The position numbers were made by a program, and so were the translations under genes. This document shows positions 29,701 to 39,100 of a stretch of 64,000 nt of DNA, in pieces. The stretch lies in NCBI GenBank assembly GCA_002633005.1, contig NMRA01000015.1, forward strand, positions 1,533,439 to 1,597,438. The letters run 5' to 3'. The notes beneath the pieces were generated by a model. The model was not told where the DNA came from. It worked only from the letters and a program-made list of their open reading frames with translations, and made no database searches. The DNA comes from Phoronis australis (taxonomy: Eukaryota; Animalia; Phoronida). The stretch's first letter is position 1. Every line of letters begins with the position of its first letter.

Positions 29701-32700
29701 ACCACACAGCTGCTTACAAAGTCAACTTTTTTAGTTTTCAGTTCACATATCGCACAATACCCACATGACCCTCATATCTCATGTAATATGAATACTCACG
29801 GACCATCCCCAATAGACACGACAAGTACAGCTGCCACAGACGTCTGTTTGTAATAATCCTGAAGAAAAATACACCAGCTGGATAAACTATGATACCATAA
29901 GGTGGGGTACACTTCAGTAATGAAGCCAGTACATTCACTCACCTGTGTAGTCTACTGTAGTAAAATTATTGTCAGGAAGACATTGTGTTTATGTCTTATT
30001 ATTGCGAGTTTATCACAAGTTCATGCAAATAAAAATGGCATCATGTGGGGCATTTTCCCATTGGGGAAATATATTCTGAGCTCATAAATAAACCACAGCA
30101 AAAATTGAGTTCATAAGTGAACCATAGGCACATGTGCCCAAATGAAAAACACTTGTCCAAATGTAATTTCTTTTGAAAAAAAAAACAAAATGCATTTAGT
30201 TGGTTCTGGTCTGTTTTTTTTTTTTGAAAATCGATCAGGCCTTTATCCAGGATTTCGAAAATAGGGTTCCAAAATGGGGTTCCCAATATTCCTGGGCGTC
30301 CATGATTCCGACGCATAACCCCCCCACCCCCAGCAATCCCCCCAAACACACAGATTTTTTTACAAAAAATGCATAGACCAAGGTTTTACATCTAAGTTTA
30401 GAAAAAAGCCTTCTGTAGTGAGCATTTTTACTAAAACAAGTGTAGACCAAGAAGATTTTACAATGCTATCAACCAAGTGTGAGCATAGCAACATTGTATA
30501 TACTTTGTATATACATTGTATATTTCTTCCTGCTTTGAAAAAAGAGCCCCCACTGTGAGTCTTCATAGGCTTCCTAGTATTCATTACAATGTGTGATTCC
30601 AAACTTGAAAGGTTCCTATTGACAGTGGGCGTCCAAATGATACTTTGGGCATCCTTGCCAGGGCAATTAGATTAGTGGTAGGGCGTACATTTGGACGCCC
30701 AGGATGTACGCTGCATAAAGGCCTGTTGGGGGTGCCATATTTTATTTGTTGCTCACTTTTTCAAAAAAAAAAAAGAAAATCCACATGAACCAGACAGAGA
30801 ATGGAAACAACAGCTTTTTTAGCATTATTTTGGATAAAGGTGACTAAATACATGTAAATAGAAAATAACGCAAACATTCCTCAAATATGAATTTGACTGA
30901 CCATCAGTAGAACCCTGGTGGCTTGTGACATCCTGCATGGTGAGTGGGTCAGTTTGAGGCGCCAATCAGCCCTCCAGTAGGCGACCAACAGCCATATGCC
31001 ACAGGTGAGCAGGCACAGCAGGTAGTGGATGAGGTCACCACAACTACAGGGTTTGTAGCCCCGACACAGTAGTTCATCATCAGTGTCTGGATTAAGAAGA
31101 GTGTCCAGACGATCGCCGGCATGGACCCGATTATACAGAACATGGCGTTCCTCTCTCCTGCTACCTGAGGACAAGAGAAAGCCAGACAGAATGCTGGATT
31201 AATTCTTAACAGACTGGTGAATTTCAATACTTCAGTCAATTACAATAGCTACAACTTGTAAATCAAGTCAGTTTGCAAGAAATATTAAGAACTTAGGTCA
31301 CATTTTATGAAAGAAGTTCAATGGAAGCCCCCAAATCCAGAATCCTGTATACACCTGCTGGCTAATACAGGTATGTCTGTTATTTTAAATATGTGCATTC
31401 TGCCCTTAAAAGAGAACAACTCTTAAATGGGTTGACTATGTGTGCCTGTTTAATTTATATTTACTGTACTTTGGGCCAGTCTTTAATACAAATAAACGTA
31501 TGGTATCGCAGGGACTAATTTGATCTTGAATACAGTGTTATCCACAACACAAAATTCAAACTCTACTGGAATTACAAAATTCATGAAAGTTTTGAATAAA
31601 TGTATTGAACTAGTAAAAATCCAAAATGTTGTAATTGGCTTAGGAAATGACTAAACTCCCAATACTTCAAACTTGTTGCAAGTAAGCCAAACTCCCAAAC
31701 TCGTCAAGACAAAATTCAAACACTCGATGCAATGGCAAGATTGTAGAGAACACTGGAATAAGCCTTCAGTCACTTTAATTCAAACACTTTAACGATATAG
31801 CAACACTAAAAAGTTCAACAGAGAAACATAAGCAGTCTATTTTAGTTAGAGGTGACAAATCCTCTAGCATTCCTGTCAGGGAATGAGCAGAGTATCTGTG
31901 TGCAGTAACCCTTCTCCAGCAGGTATTTTTATTACTGTCATCTGTGGCATGTGCGTATGTCATGAGTTTAGTGTTTTCAAGTTGACAACACACTTTTCTT
32001 TGCTACAAAAGCCAGAGAATGATGCAAGAAAATAATGTTGATTTGATTGTTTTTCAGTTAAAAAGCTGTAATGGCAGGGCCCTCAATCCTTCAATTTTGG
32101 GGCCAAATATCGGCCTCATTCTCCTCTGAAAATGTCCCATCAAGCCCAAAAAATCCTCTTCAAGATTAGAATCACTAGTAACTGACCAATGAGATGACTT
32201 GAAATACCAGTTGAGCACAAAACACACCTGGCAACCACTGTGAAAATGGATCCTTTTACTCAACGTTTACCAGGGGATAGGGGTGCTATTGGTGGTGACA
32301 GGGGGAGGGGGGATTTTTCACTTCCTCAAGAAATTGGCCACTCAGAAAGCACAGGCACCAATGTCCTAAGGTGAACAAAGGCCTAGAACAGCCAAGGCGA
32401 GTGCATGCACACCATCTGGATGTTAGCTCTACATGTTAATATAAGCTGACAAGGTGACCAGCAGAACTATGGTGTCAAGGCCAGGGCTAAATTTGGCAAC
32501 TCGAAGCTCATCAATGACACCTCAGATTTTGTTTGGCGACCAGGTAAAAATCCCAAACTGCCACGAAGACATCCAACCAAGTCGGAAGTAGTCTGTCAAA
32601 ATAAGAATTCACTTGTAATTCGCTTCGAAATCTAGGATTGTGGTCACCTTTAAAGTTACATTAATAAGATCATCAATGTGCACACAATTTATGCAAATTT

Positions 32701-33091
32701 TCTGTTCCCATTCAACTGAAAAAAAAACACTGCTGGGGTTTCCCCAGTTTCAGACAACTTCATTTCCTGTTTGGACACAAGCAATTTTGCCAAGTCGCAT
32801 ATGAGAAGTTGACTGACCCGCATTGCTCCCTAGCTGTACTTTGACGGCAAGCTAATATTTTTCATTGACAAAACTGTCCCATGACTGTGTAGCTGATTCA
32901 TCAGCCTAGCTTTGCTTCGGTGTTCACAGCCAGGTTGTATTCGCTTGGCCTTGTTCTCTCCTTGGAAGTTAGAGATGTACTCGAGTTGTGGATTACCAAA
33001 CAAATCTACCGGCCCGCTATAGCAGGTACAAGGGTGATTAATTGTGTGTGAGACGCATCACAAGATGATAATTACCTGATTGGCGGTTCAT
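2770..33091 (-). CDS. ATP13A3: P5B-type ATPase (ATP13A2/ATP13A3-like polyamine-transporting ATPase), complete multi-exon gene, about 1196 aa
   Basis: Hand-assembled GT-AG exons with consistent phases: 33076-33091, 30902-31164, 29800-29858, 29099-29192, 27895-27974, 26835-26912, 26269-26338, 25512-25646, 24913-24982, 23591-23722, 21641-21802, 21163-21320, 20302-20490, 19538-19599, 18574-18718, [17461-17571 or 16763-16861], 15806-15959, 14455-14575, 13961-14085, 13362-13651, 11519-11641, 9744-9853, 7929-8025, 7205-7277, 6360-6510, 5541-5692, 4712-4800, 3892-3981, 2770-2961 (3591 nt with 16a). Motifs: [28 protein letters not shown] (P5B signature), CFDK|TGTLT phosphorylation site, [41 protein letters not shown]. 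The first exon (MNRQSG) is the least certain. The symbol gives family-level similarity, not proven orthology. Confidence 0.93.
3589..3660 (+). mobile_element. tRNA-derived SINE head (degenerate)
   Basis: A-box-like TAGCTCAGTGG and B-box-like GGTTCAAGCTCC about 40 nt apart; no intact cloverleaf. Confidence 0.45.
6470..6810. repeat. Four degenerate ~90-bp tandem copies spanning the acceptor of ATP13A exon 25
   Basis: Repeated core GTGTGGCCCACTGTAATAGACA..GG.ACTA near 6500, 6590, 6680 and 6770. Confidence 0.7.
6969..7146 (+). mobile_element. 5'-truncated LINE 3' end (I/Nimb-like) with GAA tail and target-site duplication
   Basis: Encodes [29 protein letters not shown], resembling the C-terminal Cys/His region of I-group ORF2; ends in GAAGAAGAA; flanked by ATCTAACATT at 6959-6968 and 7146-7155. 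Confidence 0.6.
8130..9240. repeat. Dispersed repeat with internal degenerate tandem units (Helitron/Helentron-associated type), copy 1
   Basis: Starts AACAAGAGCAACGCGGAGCGTTGA (near-identical start at 63361); recurring CCACTAGGGGG, CGTCATC and CCAAATTTCA motifs shared with 62150-64000. Confidence 0.6.
9827..10014. repeat. Near-perfect 92-bp tandem duplication including the acceptor of ATP13A exon 22
   Basis: GATGCCAGCATGAGCTGTCTTCAGAGCCTGTGG...CAGAATGGATG present twice with a period of 92. Confidence 0.9.
10598..11545. repeat. 30-32-bp minisatellite matching the 3' end and donor of ATP13A exon 21; spans an assembly gap
   Basis: Unit CTTAACCC(AC)AGTCA(T/C)TAGCCCTGT(T/C)CCCACA matches exon end CTTACCCCACAGTCATTAGCCCCGTCCCCACA; N run at 10732-11374. 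Confidence 0.9.
10732..11374. other. Assembly gap (N run)
   Basis: 643 consecutive N; the ORFs called across it are artefacts. Confidence 0.99.
12465..12602. repeat. 39-bp tandem repeat; a further copy lies at ~13218-13248 on the other side of the Penelope-like insert
   Basis: AGGGACTTCATGAAAGTTGGCAATTACGACAAAATGTGC units. Confidence 0.8.
12603..13200. mobile_element. Penelope-like retroelement fragment with internal inversion: RT piece on the minus strand, GIY-YIG C-terminus and 3' end on the plus strand
   Basis: Minus strand 12603-12897 gives [26 protein letters not shown] (PLE RT motifs). Plus strand from 12894 gives [21 protein letters not shown]...SLNRQG (PLE endonuclease tail). Degenerate hammerhead-like core at 13103-13131. 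Confidence 0.8.
14719..14913. mobile_element. Degenerate MITE with CAGTGG(C/T)GGAT-type ends
   Basis: Left end CAATGGCAAATTTAGG, right end CCTAGATCCACCACTG; no convincing TSD. Confidence 0.35.
15258..15467. repeat. 24-bp minisatellite
   Basis: About 8 units of CCCTGTCCAGACAGATGACCA(A/G)GG. Confidence 0.92.
16763..16861 (-). CDS. ATP13A alternative exon 16b (paralogue of 16a), [33 protein letters not shown]
   Basis: Pyrimidine-rich TTTTCTCTCGTAG acceptor, AAG|GTGCAC donor, 99 nt, phase 0-0, no stop; aligns to 16a (LEE...T..FDS.MPT.VRP...DS). Confidence 0.75.
17461..17571 (-). CDS. ATP13A alternative exon 16a (N-domain), [37 protein letters not shown]
   Basis: TAG acceptor, GTGAAG donor, 111 nt, phase 0-0, follows [14 protein letters not shown] in frame. 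Confidence 0.85.
18350..18546. repeat. ~29-bp AT-rich tandem repeat just downstream of the exon-15 donor
   Basis: Units of AAGTTAAGATATCACTAA(A/G)TACAATATCT. Confidence 0.9.
18840..19489. mobile_element. CpG-rich non-autonomous DNA transposon-like fragment
   Basis: CAGGGC...GCCCTG ends, repeated GCGGAAAT subterminal motifs, CpG content well above the flanks; no TSD seen. Confidence 0.4.
22070..22831 (-). mobile_element. Non-autonomous hAT-like DNA transposon with 13-bp TIR, 6-bp TSD and a remnant N-terminal zinc finger
   Basis: TIR CAGAGCTGCCTAC / GTAGGCAGCTCTG; TSD CTAAAC at 22064-22069 and 22832-22837; ORF 22104-22400 ([12 protein letters not shown]...AWCT...DF.I.HG...D..RH..S.KH) resembles a BED-type transposase N-terminus. 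Confidence 0.8.
23229..23578. repeat. ~29-bp minisatellite abutting the donor of ATP13A exon 10
   Basis: About 12 units of CTGTGTCACTAGGAGAGGTGACTA(T/C)CA; explains the overlapping repetitive ORFs at 23096-23828. Confidence 0.95.
24140..24450 (+). mobile_element. tRNA-derived SINE whose A-box segment is amplified as an 18-bp tandem array
   Basis: About 12 copies of CAGTG(C/T)GGTCTAGTGGTA, then B-box GGTTCAAATC at ~24390 and CTTGAG..AGGTA body shared with the SINE at 61203. Confidence 0.7.
27514..27546 (+). ncRNA. Degenerate minimal hammerhead-like motif (probable Penelope pLTR remnant)
   Basis: CTGAAGA-TGACCAC-AGAAATAA-GTGACC-GAAAC: core boxes present, stem II imperfect. Confidence 0.35.
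29943..29951 (-). CDS. Candidate 9-nt microexon (Thr-Thr-Gln) of ATP13A
   Basis: Minus strand reads TTTTACTACAGTAG|ACTACACAG|GTGAGT, phase 0-0, between the exons ending VLLM and starting DYYKQ. Confidence 0.4.
30236..30725. mobile_element. MITE with 15-bp TIR
   Basis: CAGGCCTTTATCCAG versus CTGCATAAAGGCCTG (14 of 15 complementary); no TSD seen. Confidence 0.6.
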
Positions 33092-33099
33092 TGTGGTGT

Positions 33100-34470
33100 G
33101 TAGGCACTTCAAAATACATAACCAACCTAAATTTTATGAGTGACTAAATAAGTGTCAGCTGACAAAGTCTGCCATTTTGTCAAACGTGAATCTGACCTTT
33201 GACCTAGCTCCATCCAGCCTTCAGCATTCTGGTCAAAGTAAAATAATTAAAAGCTTAATCTCCTTACAAACTTGTCTCAGTTGCTGTCCTTTAATTATTA
33301 ATGATTTATTATTCGTCACTAATGCAGCGCCCTTTTTCATTCAAAGATAGACGTGTGAGTTACCATGAACAGGTAGATGAATTCTAAAACTCTGGGGAGA
33401 ATAACTGATAAAAGGAATAGCTGGAATCAGCTCTTGCACAGAAGAAGACGAAAAATTTTCTTCCTCCGAAAGATGACGCTGTTGCGTAAACTTTGATCCT
33501 CGTAACACTTACTGAGTAAGCAAAATTATTCCATCTGTTAAGACAAATGTTGCATTTCTTTCAACTTAAAATGTTTTTCCATAAGTGTGGGTCGCTTATC
33601 TTGCACTTCTGTTGGGTATTCAAATGTCTGTTCTGCTTTGTGCCTGGCTGAACTGGCCGCCTGACTGAGCACTGAGCAATCAAGCCAGTTGGGAAGTGAA
33701 ACTGAACGATGAAGTGCGAGAACTGACAACATGCACGGTGACTCTAGTCTGTATAAACCGGCGAGCACGCGATGGCTTTGTAATGTGGATTTTTTAATTA
33801 AAATCTGGAAATGTTCCTTGCTGGTAATAAATTTCTCAGATTTACTACGAATTGAAAGCAAGTGATATTTTGCTTGGAATTGAACTATTTTAAATATCTT
33901 GTGAATTAGAAGTAGGTCAATTGTAGACTGTGACCACTATCTCTAGTACTAGTAGTAGCAGGCAACACGTAGCCCCTTGGTTGGCCGGTTAGGGGCTACA
34001 ATACTTCCCATCGCTTTCTGTACGAATTTCGTCCTGTGTATGGGGTAGGCCAAATCTGGTCACTGATTGAGAGTTTTCACTTCTTCAAAAATACATTCTA
34101 CACTTAAAACTATGACTTAAAAAGCGCTTACATTCTTCAGTGTTCCTTTCTACTTCTACACATATGTTCGATGAAGTACAGCTACTACAGTCAAGGTAAC
34201 TTTGGCGAAGAATTCCAACTCCACTTTTGGTCATCGTTGACTTTTTCACCACGCAAGCGATAACCACAAAGTATTTCAACTTCAACTGAGTCACGTGAGT
34301 TAGGTAAAGGCTTGCGCGAGAGTGAGCAAAGCGTGTGATGCTGGCCCGCGTGACTTGCAAAATAGCCTGGGAAGGTATCAAGTGAAATTTGTAAGATTGG
34401 TGTCCTTTGGACTTTTTATTCGTCAACATGCGTGATTTCACGTAACTCCCTCAAAATGGCACCCGGTAAA
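33100..34470. promoter_or_regulatory. Putative divergent promoter region between ATP13A and the MKKS locus
   Basis: Head-to-head genes with raised CpG; outward-facing YY1-like AAAATGGC at ~33171-33178 (minus) and 34453-34460 (plus); GTCACGTGAG at ~34290; hairpin GTAGCCCCT/AGGGGCTAC at 33969-33999. Confidence 0.45.
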
Positions 34471-35249
34471 AGAAACTCGAGCAAACCGCGACAGATTTTC
34501 ATCGATTTGTTCAAATTATCTTGATTGAATCGTCTCCAGACTTATTGTATGTGTTAATTATAACTCCATGTGCATATATGCATTTTTCATTTGATTTTAT
34601 TTCCTGTATTTTGAAATTCGTAACTTTTTGTGGGGATGTACTATCGCCCCTGTATGCCTGCGGCATCCAGGGTGATGTAATTGCCTACGTCTAGCTTGCC
34701 AGTAGGGATGGCGGTCACTGTCTAAGTCAAAAAGTGACACTCAATTTCATGGTTCGACAGATTTTTATTTCACTACTTCTTGTAATACATTAAAGCTACA
34801 CGTTGCTGTATATGTGTATCATGCAGCTTTGTACTAAGGCTTCGATGACACAGATCCCATGTATGTTGGAAGATTTTCTTCTAATTACGGTACGACTTGC
34901 CCTGGCTTAACTATCAAAGTCTTGTCACTATATGTAGCTTTTTTGAGCATAGAGGGACTCGTATAAATACCGTACTTTGGCAATCCGGATTTCTTTATAA
35001 TGGGTTCCTTCCTTCATCAATGAAATTGTTGAGGTAGCCATTGTTCAATAAAGATAGTTTAATTTTGGATTTGGTGGCAATTCTAAAATACTGGACATAT
35101 CGGCAATTGAAGTACCACAAATTTCTTGATGAAGGTTAACATGTACACTACAATGAGAAATTTGCTGCACATTAGGCTTTTTTAGCATTGTATTCCTACA
35201 ATTTGCCCCATTGTCACTAACACTGTTTTGACCAATTTTCTTTGCAGAT

Positions 35250-35492
35250 ATGGACAAGTTGACCAGCTTTGCTAAACGCAATATTGTCGCTTTAGTGTGT
35301 GTCCCTTCAATCATTGCTATTCACTACTACTGGTATAAAATTCAATACAACCCTGTACTCGTTCCTGAAAAACAACGCAAGCTACGTATCTTTGGCTACA
35401 GTGTTCAAAAGGATACCATCGGTGAATTTGAAGGGCGTTGGGGAAAACTTGTTGATACAGTTGAAAAAGATAAAAAGCCGGATAAAAGTTAG
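35250..35492 (+). CDS. Small single-TM protein, uMKKS1-like (MKKS upstream microprotein 1), 80 aa
   Basis: ATG two nt after a strong acceptor (TTTTCTTTGCAG, ends 35247). Sequence IVALVCVPSIIAIHYYWYKIQYNPVL matches my recollection of human uMKKS1 (VLVVMVPLVGLIHLGWYRIKSSPVF). Same position upstream of MKKS. Confidence 0.8.
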   Translation: MDKLTSFAKRNIVALVCVPSIIAIHYYWYKIQYNPVLVPEKQRKLRIFGYSVQKDTIGEFEGRWGKLVDTVEKDKKPDKS

Positions 35493-35540
35493 AATCTGAT
35501 TTGGTGTAGGACGTATAAATAAACTATATTGTTTGCAAAG

Positions 35541-35714
35541 ATGTCGTTTTGGATGAACACCTCCAATTTTGTGAGTCGCAACAAGTTAGTGTCATTTGCA
35601 ATCATCTTTGGTGCTATCTACTTTGGTTCCTATCCCTTCAAGTCAACTGAAATTTCTCTGGGGAAGGACAGGGCTGAGGAAATGAAGAAAACAAAGCAGG
35701 TATTGGCTTCATAG
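35541..35714 (+). CDS. Small single-TM protein, uMKKS2-like (MKKS upstream microprotein 2), 57 aa
   Basis: Start context CAAAGATG (second ATG at 35553). MNTSNFVSRNKLVSFAIIFGAIYFGSY matches my recollection of human uMKKS2 (MKNTSWIRKNWLLVAGISFIGVHLGTY). Same order as in human. Confidence 0.72.
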   Translation: MSFWMNTSNFVSRNKLVSFAIIFGAIYFGSYPFKSTEISLGKDRAEEMKKTKQVLAS

Positions 35715-36070
35715 AATTGTGTATCTCTTTGGCAAACACGTTGCTGTTATAGAGAAGGCAAATTGAAGACGTCTAGGGCTTTTTGTCCACCTTGTGGCAA
35801 CTTTATTTTTTTTGTTAATTTAGCATTTGAAAAACTTGAAAACGTATCCAAAGATTTGGACATTATTTTGTTTTGCTTTAGGGCGGTTTATGGAACGTTA
35901 TGCCAACAATGTTTACCATTTCTGACAGTGAGTAACAGCACTTACTGGCAGTTAGTCCATTATTCAGTAAAGAATGAAATAGCTTGTAATTTGGTGTTTG
36001 TGATATACCAATGCTTTGTGGTGCTGTTGTAATGAACTGAATTTGTTTTAAATATTTCCTGGAACAAATT

Positions 36071-36076
36071 AATAAA
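36071..36076 (+). terminator. Candidate proximal poly(A) signal for a microprotein-only mRNA (a second AATAAA at 35518-35523)
   Basis: AATAAA followed by GT/T-rich sequence, upstream of the MKKS acceptor at 36137-36138. Confidence 0.45.
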
Positions 36077-36149
36077 ATGCATTCAAAGTCAACGCAAATG
36101 TCTTAATTGTTGCTTCAGTATCCAGTGTTTAATTTCAGAAATAGTGAAA

Positions 36150-39100
36150 ATGAATGACGAGAGGTCACCTTACCGGATCCAACCAAAACAGCCTTCTAAG
36201 TCCTTTCACCTGTCGACCAGTAACCTTCAGTTATGTTCCACATTGAAATGCTTCCTGCGACTCGTGCGATCTTCATATGGTCCTTATGGGATGTTAAAAA
36301 CATTGCAGAACTCAAGCGGTGGTCACGTGACAGTCACCAGTACATCCAGCAGATTGTTTCCTTTACTAACAGTTTCACATCCAGTGTTGAAGATAGTTAA
36401 TGCTGCCCTCTCTGGGCATATACAGACATACTCTGATGGGGGCTTATTTGCTGCGTTACTGTGCACTGAACTTGTTATTTCATCGTTGGACATGCAGTTG
36501 AATCGACGCTTACTTATTGATGTTTATGAATATTTACTTTCTGTATGTGTGAACTATTTGAACACTGATAAGTGTGGTTGTCTATTAAACATTGATTTCT
36601 CAAAGCTGGACATTCTTCTCAGCGTAACTCGGAGTGTGATTCAAACAAAGGTTGGCTGCTTCTTGTCTGACTCCAACTTGCAGCACATTACTCAGTTAGT
36701 TGTCGAAGTGTTTCTGCAAACTCTGACTGATGACCAGACACCCCATGTGCAGTACTTGTGTGTGGAAGGATGTAACCCTCAGTCTAGTCGAACACTGCAG
36801 GGGGTGCTGTTTCAACAGCTATTGAGACAGGATATTGGTTCTGTGAAGTGGATGGTGCTTCCCTCTGGTGAACGATATATCAAGACTGCTTTGTTCAATG
36901 TGTCATTGTCTGGGGACTCTGAGGAACTCATTGATGTCCAATATGAATTGCACAATATGGATGAGAATATGGATGATGTAGTGGTAGATAATATTGTTGA
37001 GATTATGAAGCTCCTTGTGAATGAAGGTGTTGGGCTTGTCATGTGTCAAAAGGTCATTCATCCCAGAGTGAGGCAGTATCTTCAGGGTCAAAAGGTCATC
37101 GTCATTGATAGGCTTGGAAGTTTGTACACCAGTGACCTTCAACGTCTGACTGGTTAGTGAATTTGTTTGCTTTAGTCAAAATTGTGGCAAATGTGCTGAA
37201 TTTATGGAGAAAAATAATGCTAGACAATGCCTCTCACACTTGTGACATTGATTTTGGATTATTGATGTATCTGCATATGTATGGTATGTAATTTGAAAGT
37301 TCTTGTGTGAGTCCTTTAATGTAATACTATTCAACTTAGGAAAACATGATTTGATGCACCAATGGTAATGGAATTTATGAATCTTGCCTCAAAATTCACT
37401 GACAGTGTGTGCAGAATGTTGTTTTCAGTTGGCATCTACATTGGCTTGATAATTTCAATGAAATGTGCAAGTTTTACAGACTTTTACAAATGCTCGTTTC
37501 TAAAATTGTGTCTGCAAAATGGCCCCTATGTTCATGTTTCTATTACAATTGACATCAGCAATCTTGTTACAGGTGGTCAATGCCTCGGCTCCATCAGTTC
37601 AGTGTCCTCCATGACTGACCTAGGAATGCTTACTGGTCTGAACTATGTAGATATTGGACGGAAGATGTACCTTCATCTCCAGAACCACCATAGCCCTGTA
37701 CACACAGTCGTACTATGTAATAGACATGAGGAGTGCTTGCAAGAAATGAAGGTGTGTTGATGGTGTGAGGGTCCTTTGTAGTGAATGGATAGGGATTAGC
37801 TTGAGGGGTCAAATAGAACTTGGCCCCTGAGATGATGGCAAGTGATAAGAACAAAATACTGATGCCAAAAGAGCAAAATGCTGATGCTAAGAATAGCTGA
37901 ACAAAGTGACTGGCAGTAATGTTCACTTGAGCTGGTGACAGTAAAATCTCAACAGTTTTGGATCAAATTAAGGCTTAAATTGCCCTTTTTTGTTTTTCAA
38001 GGGCTTCTAACATTGTGAACCATCAATGGCCACAATTTTCACATTTTCTGTTGATAGCTATGATCATGTGTCTAAGTGTACTGTATTGTAAATTGATGAG
38101 ATTTTATCGTAACCTTTCCCATGGGAAATACCCCCATGGGGTGCATTTGAAAGCTGTGCATACTTGAGAATTTTGTTAATGACAGTCTTTAGTGCCACAA
38201 TGTCAGTGTTAAGTTTATGTAGGCCCTTATGACTAGCGTGCGTGCATCTGGCCGAATACCTTCAAAACTACAGATTTTAACTCAATAAAAGTAATATTTC
38301 TTACTTTCTGAAAATAGATGGCTTTTAGAATTTTGATTTTTTTAACTTAGCATCTGACATTAGTTGAATCCCATAATTTAGGTCTTTTATTGAAATTTAG
38401 CAAAAAAGGAAGGCCTATTCATAGCAAAACAACAGTTATCAATTTCATTGTTTGATATGTTTTCACATTTAAATCTTAAAAATATTGTTAGTTCTCGAAG
38501 TTATCACTTCTGAAAGTCTCTCCCGCAAAAGTGAAACTTTTTAAAATCAATTCCAAACAGTGTTTTGTTGAACAGTGTATAAAGCATGCGACAGTGATTT
38601 CTGAGATTTGATGTTCAGAAGGTAGTAAAATTTGAAATTTTTCTAGGTTCCTACATAACCTTAACTTTTTCTTCACCAGGTGGCAGCAAAGTCTGCACTG
38701 CTCACTCTGCGACTGTTACTGACCAGACCAGCTGTCTTGCATGGTGGAGGCTGTTGGCAAACACATCTAGCTTCATATATCAGACAATGGGTAGGTACAG
38801 GATTTTGACACTTTCTTTGCAGCAAATATAATATAGTCATTCTACTGGATCATTACAGTTAACTGTTGTTAAGGTCAACCCACTGGAACAAGCAAGTTAT
38901 GAATGAAGATTTAAGGATTGGTATTTTGGAGTATGTTTAATTCCCATTTATCTAAGCACTTCTCTTGTGTTGGTGTGGGATATTCAGGGAGGTTGTGCAA
39001 AAATGTTGTGAAGCATTTAAAAATGAAAGAAGTTGTTTATCAACTATTTTCCAATGAAATTTATTGAGAAGTCACATTGGTGCTGTCATTTCACTAGAGT

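Noticed and set aside
30949-31239. Alternative-frame ORF over ATP13A exon 2
   Set aside because: No P5-ATPase similarity in this frame; shadow ORF
33364-33366. ATG followed by a GTAACT donor as the ATP13A start exon
   Set aside because: A phase-0 junction would put exon 2 in the wrong frame; 33076-33091 supplies the required phase 1. It may still be a 5'UTR exon.
35763-36032. A third small ORF between uMKKS2-like and MKKS
   Set aside because: Starts at TTG, has low-complexity T-rich UTR/intron-like composition and resembles no peptide I know
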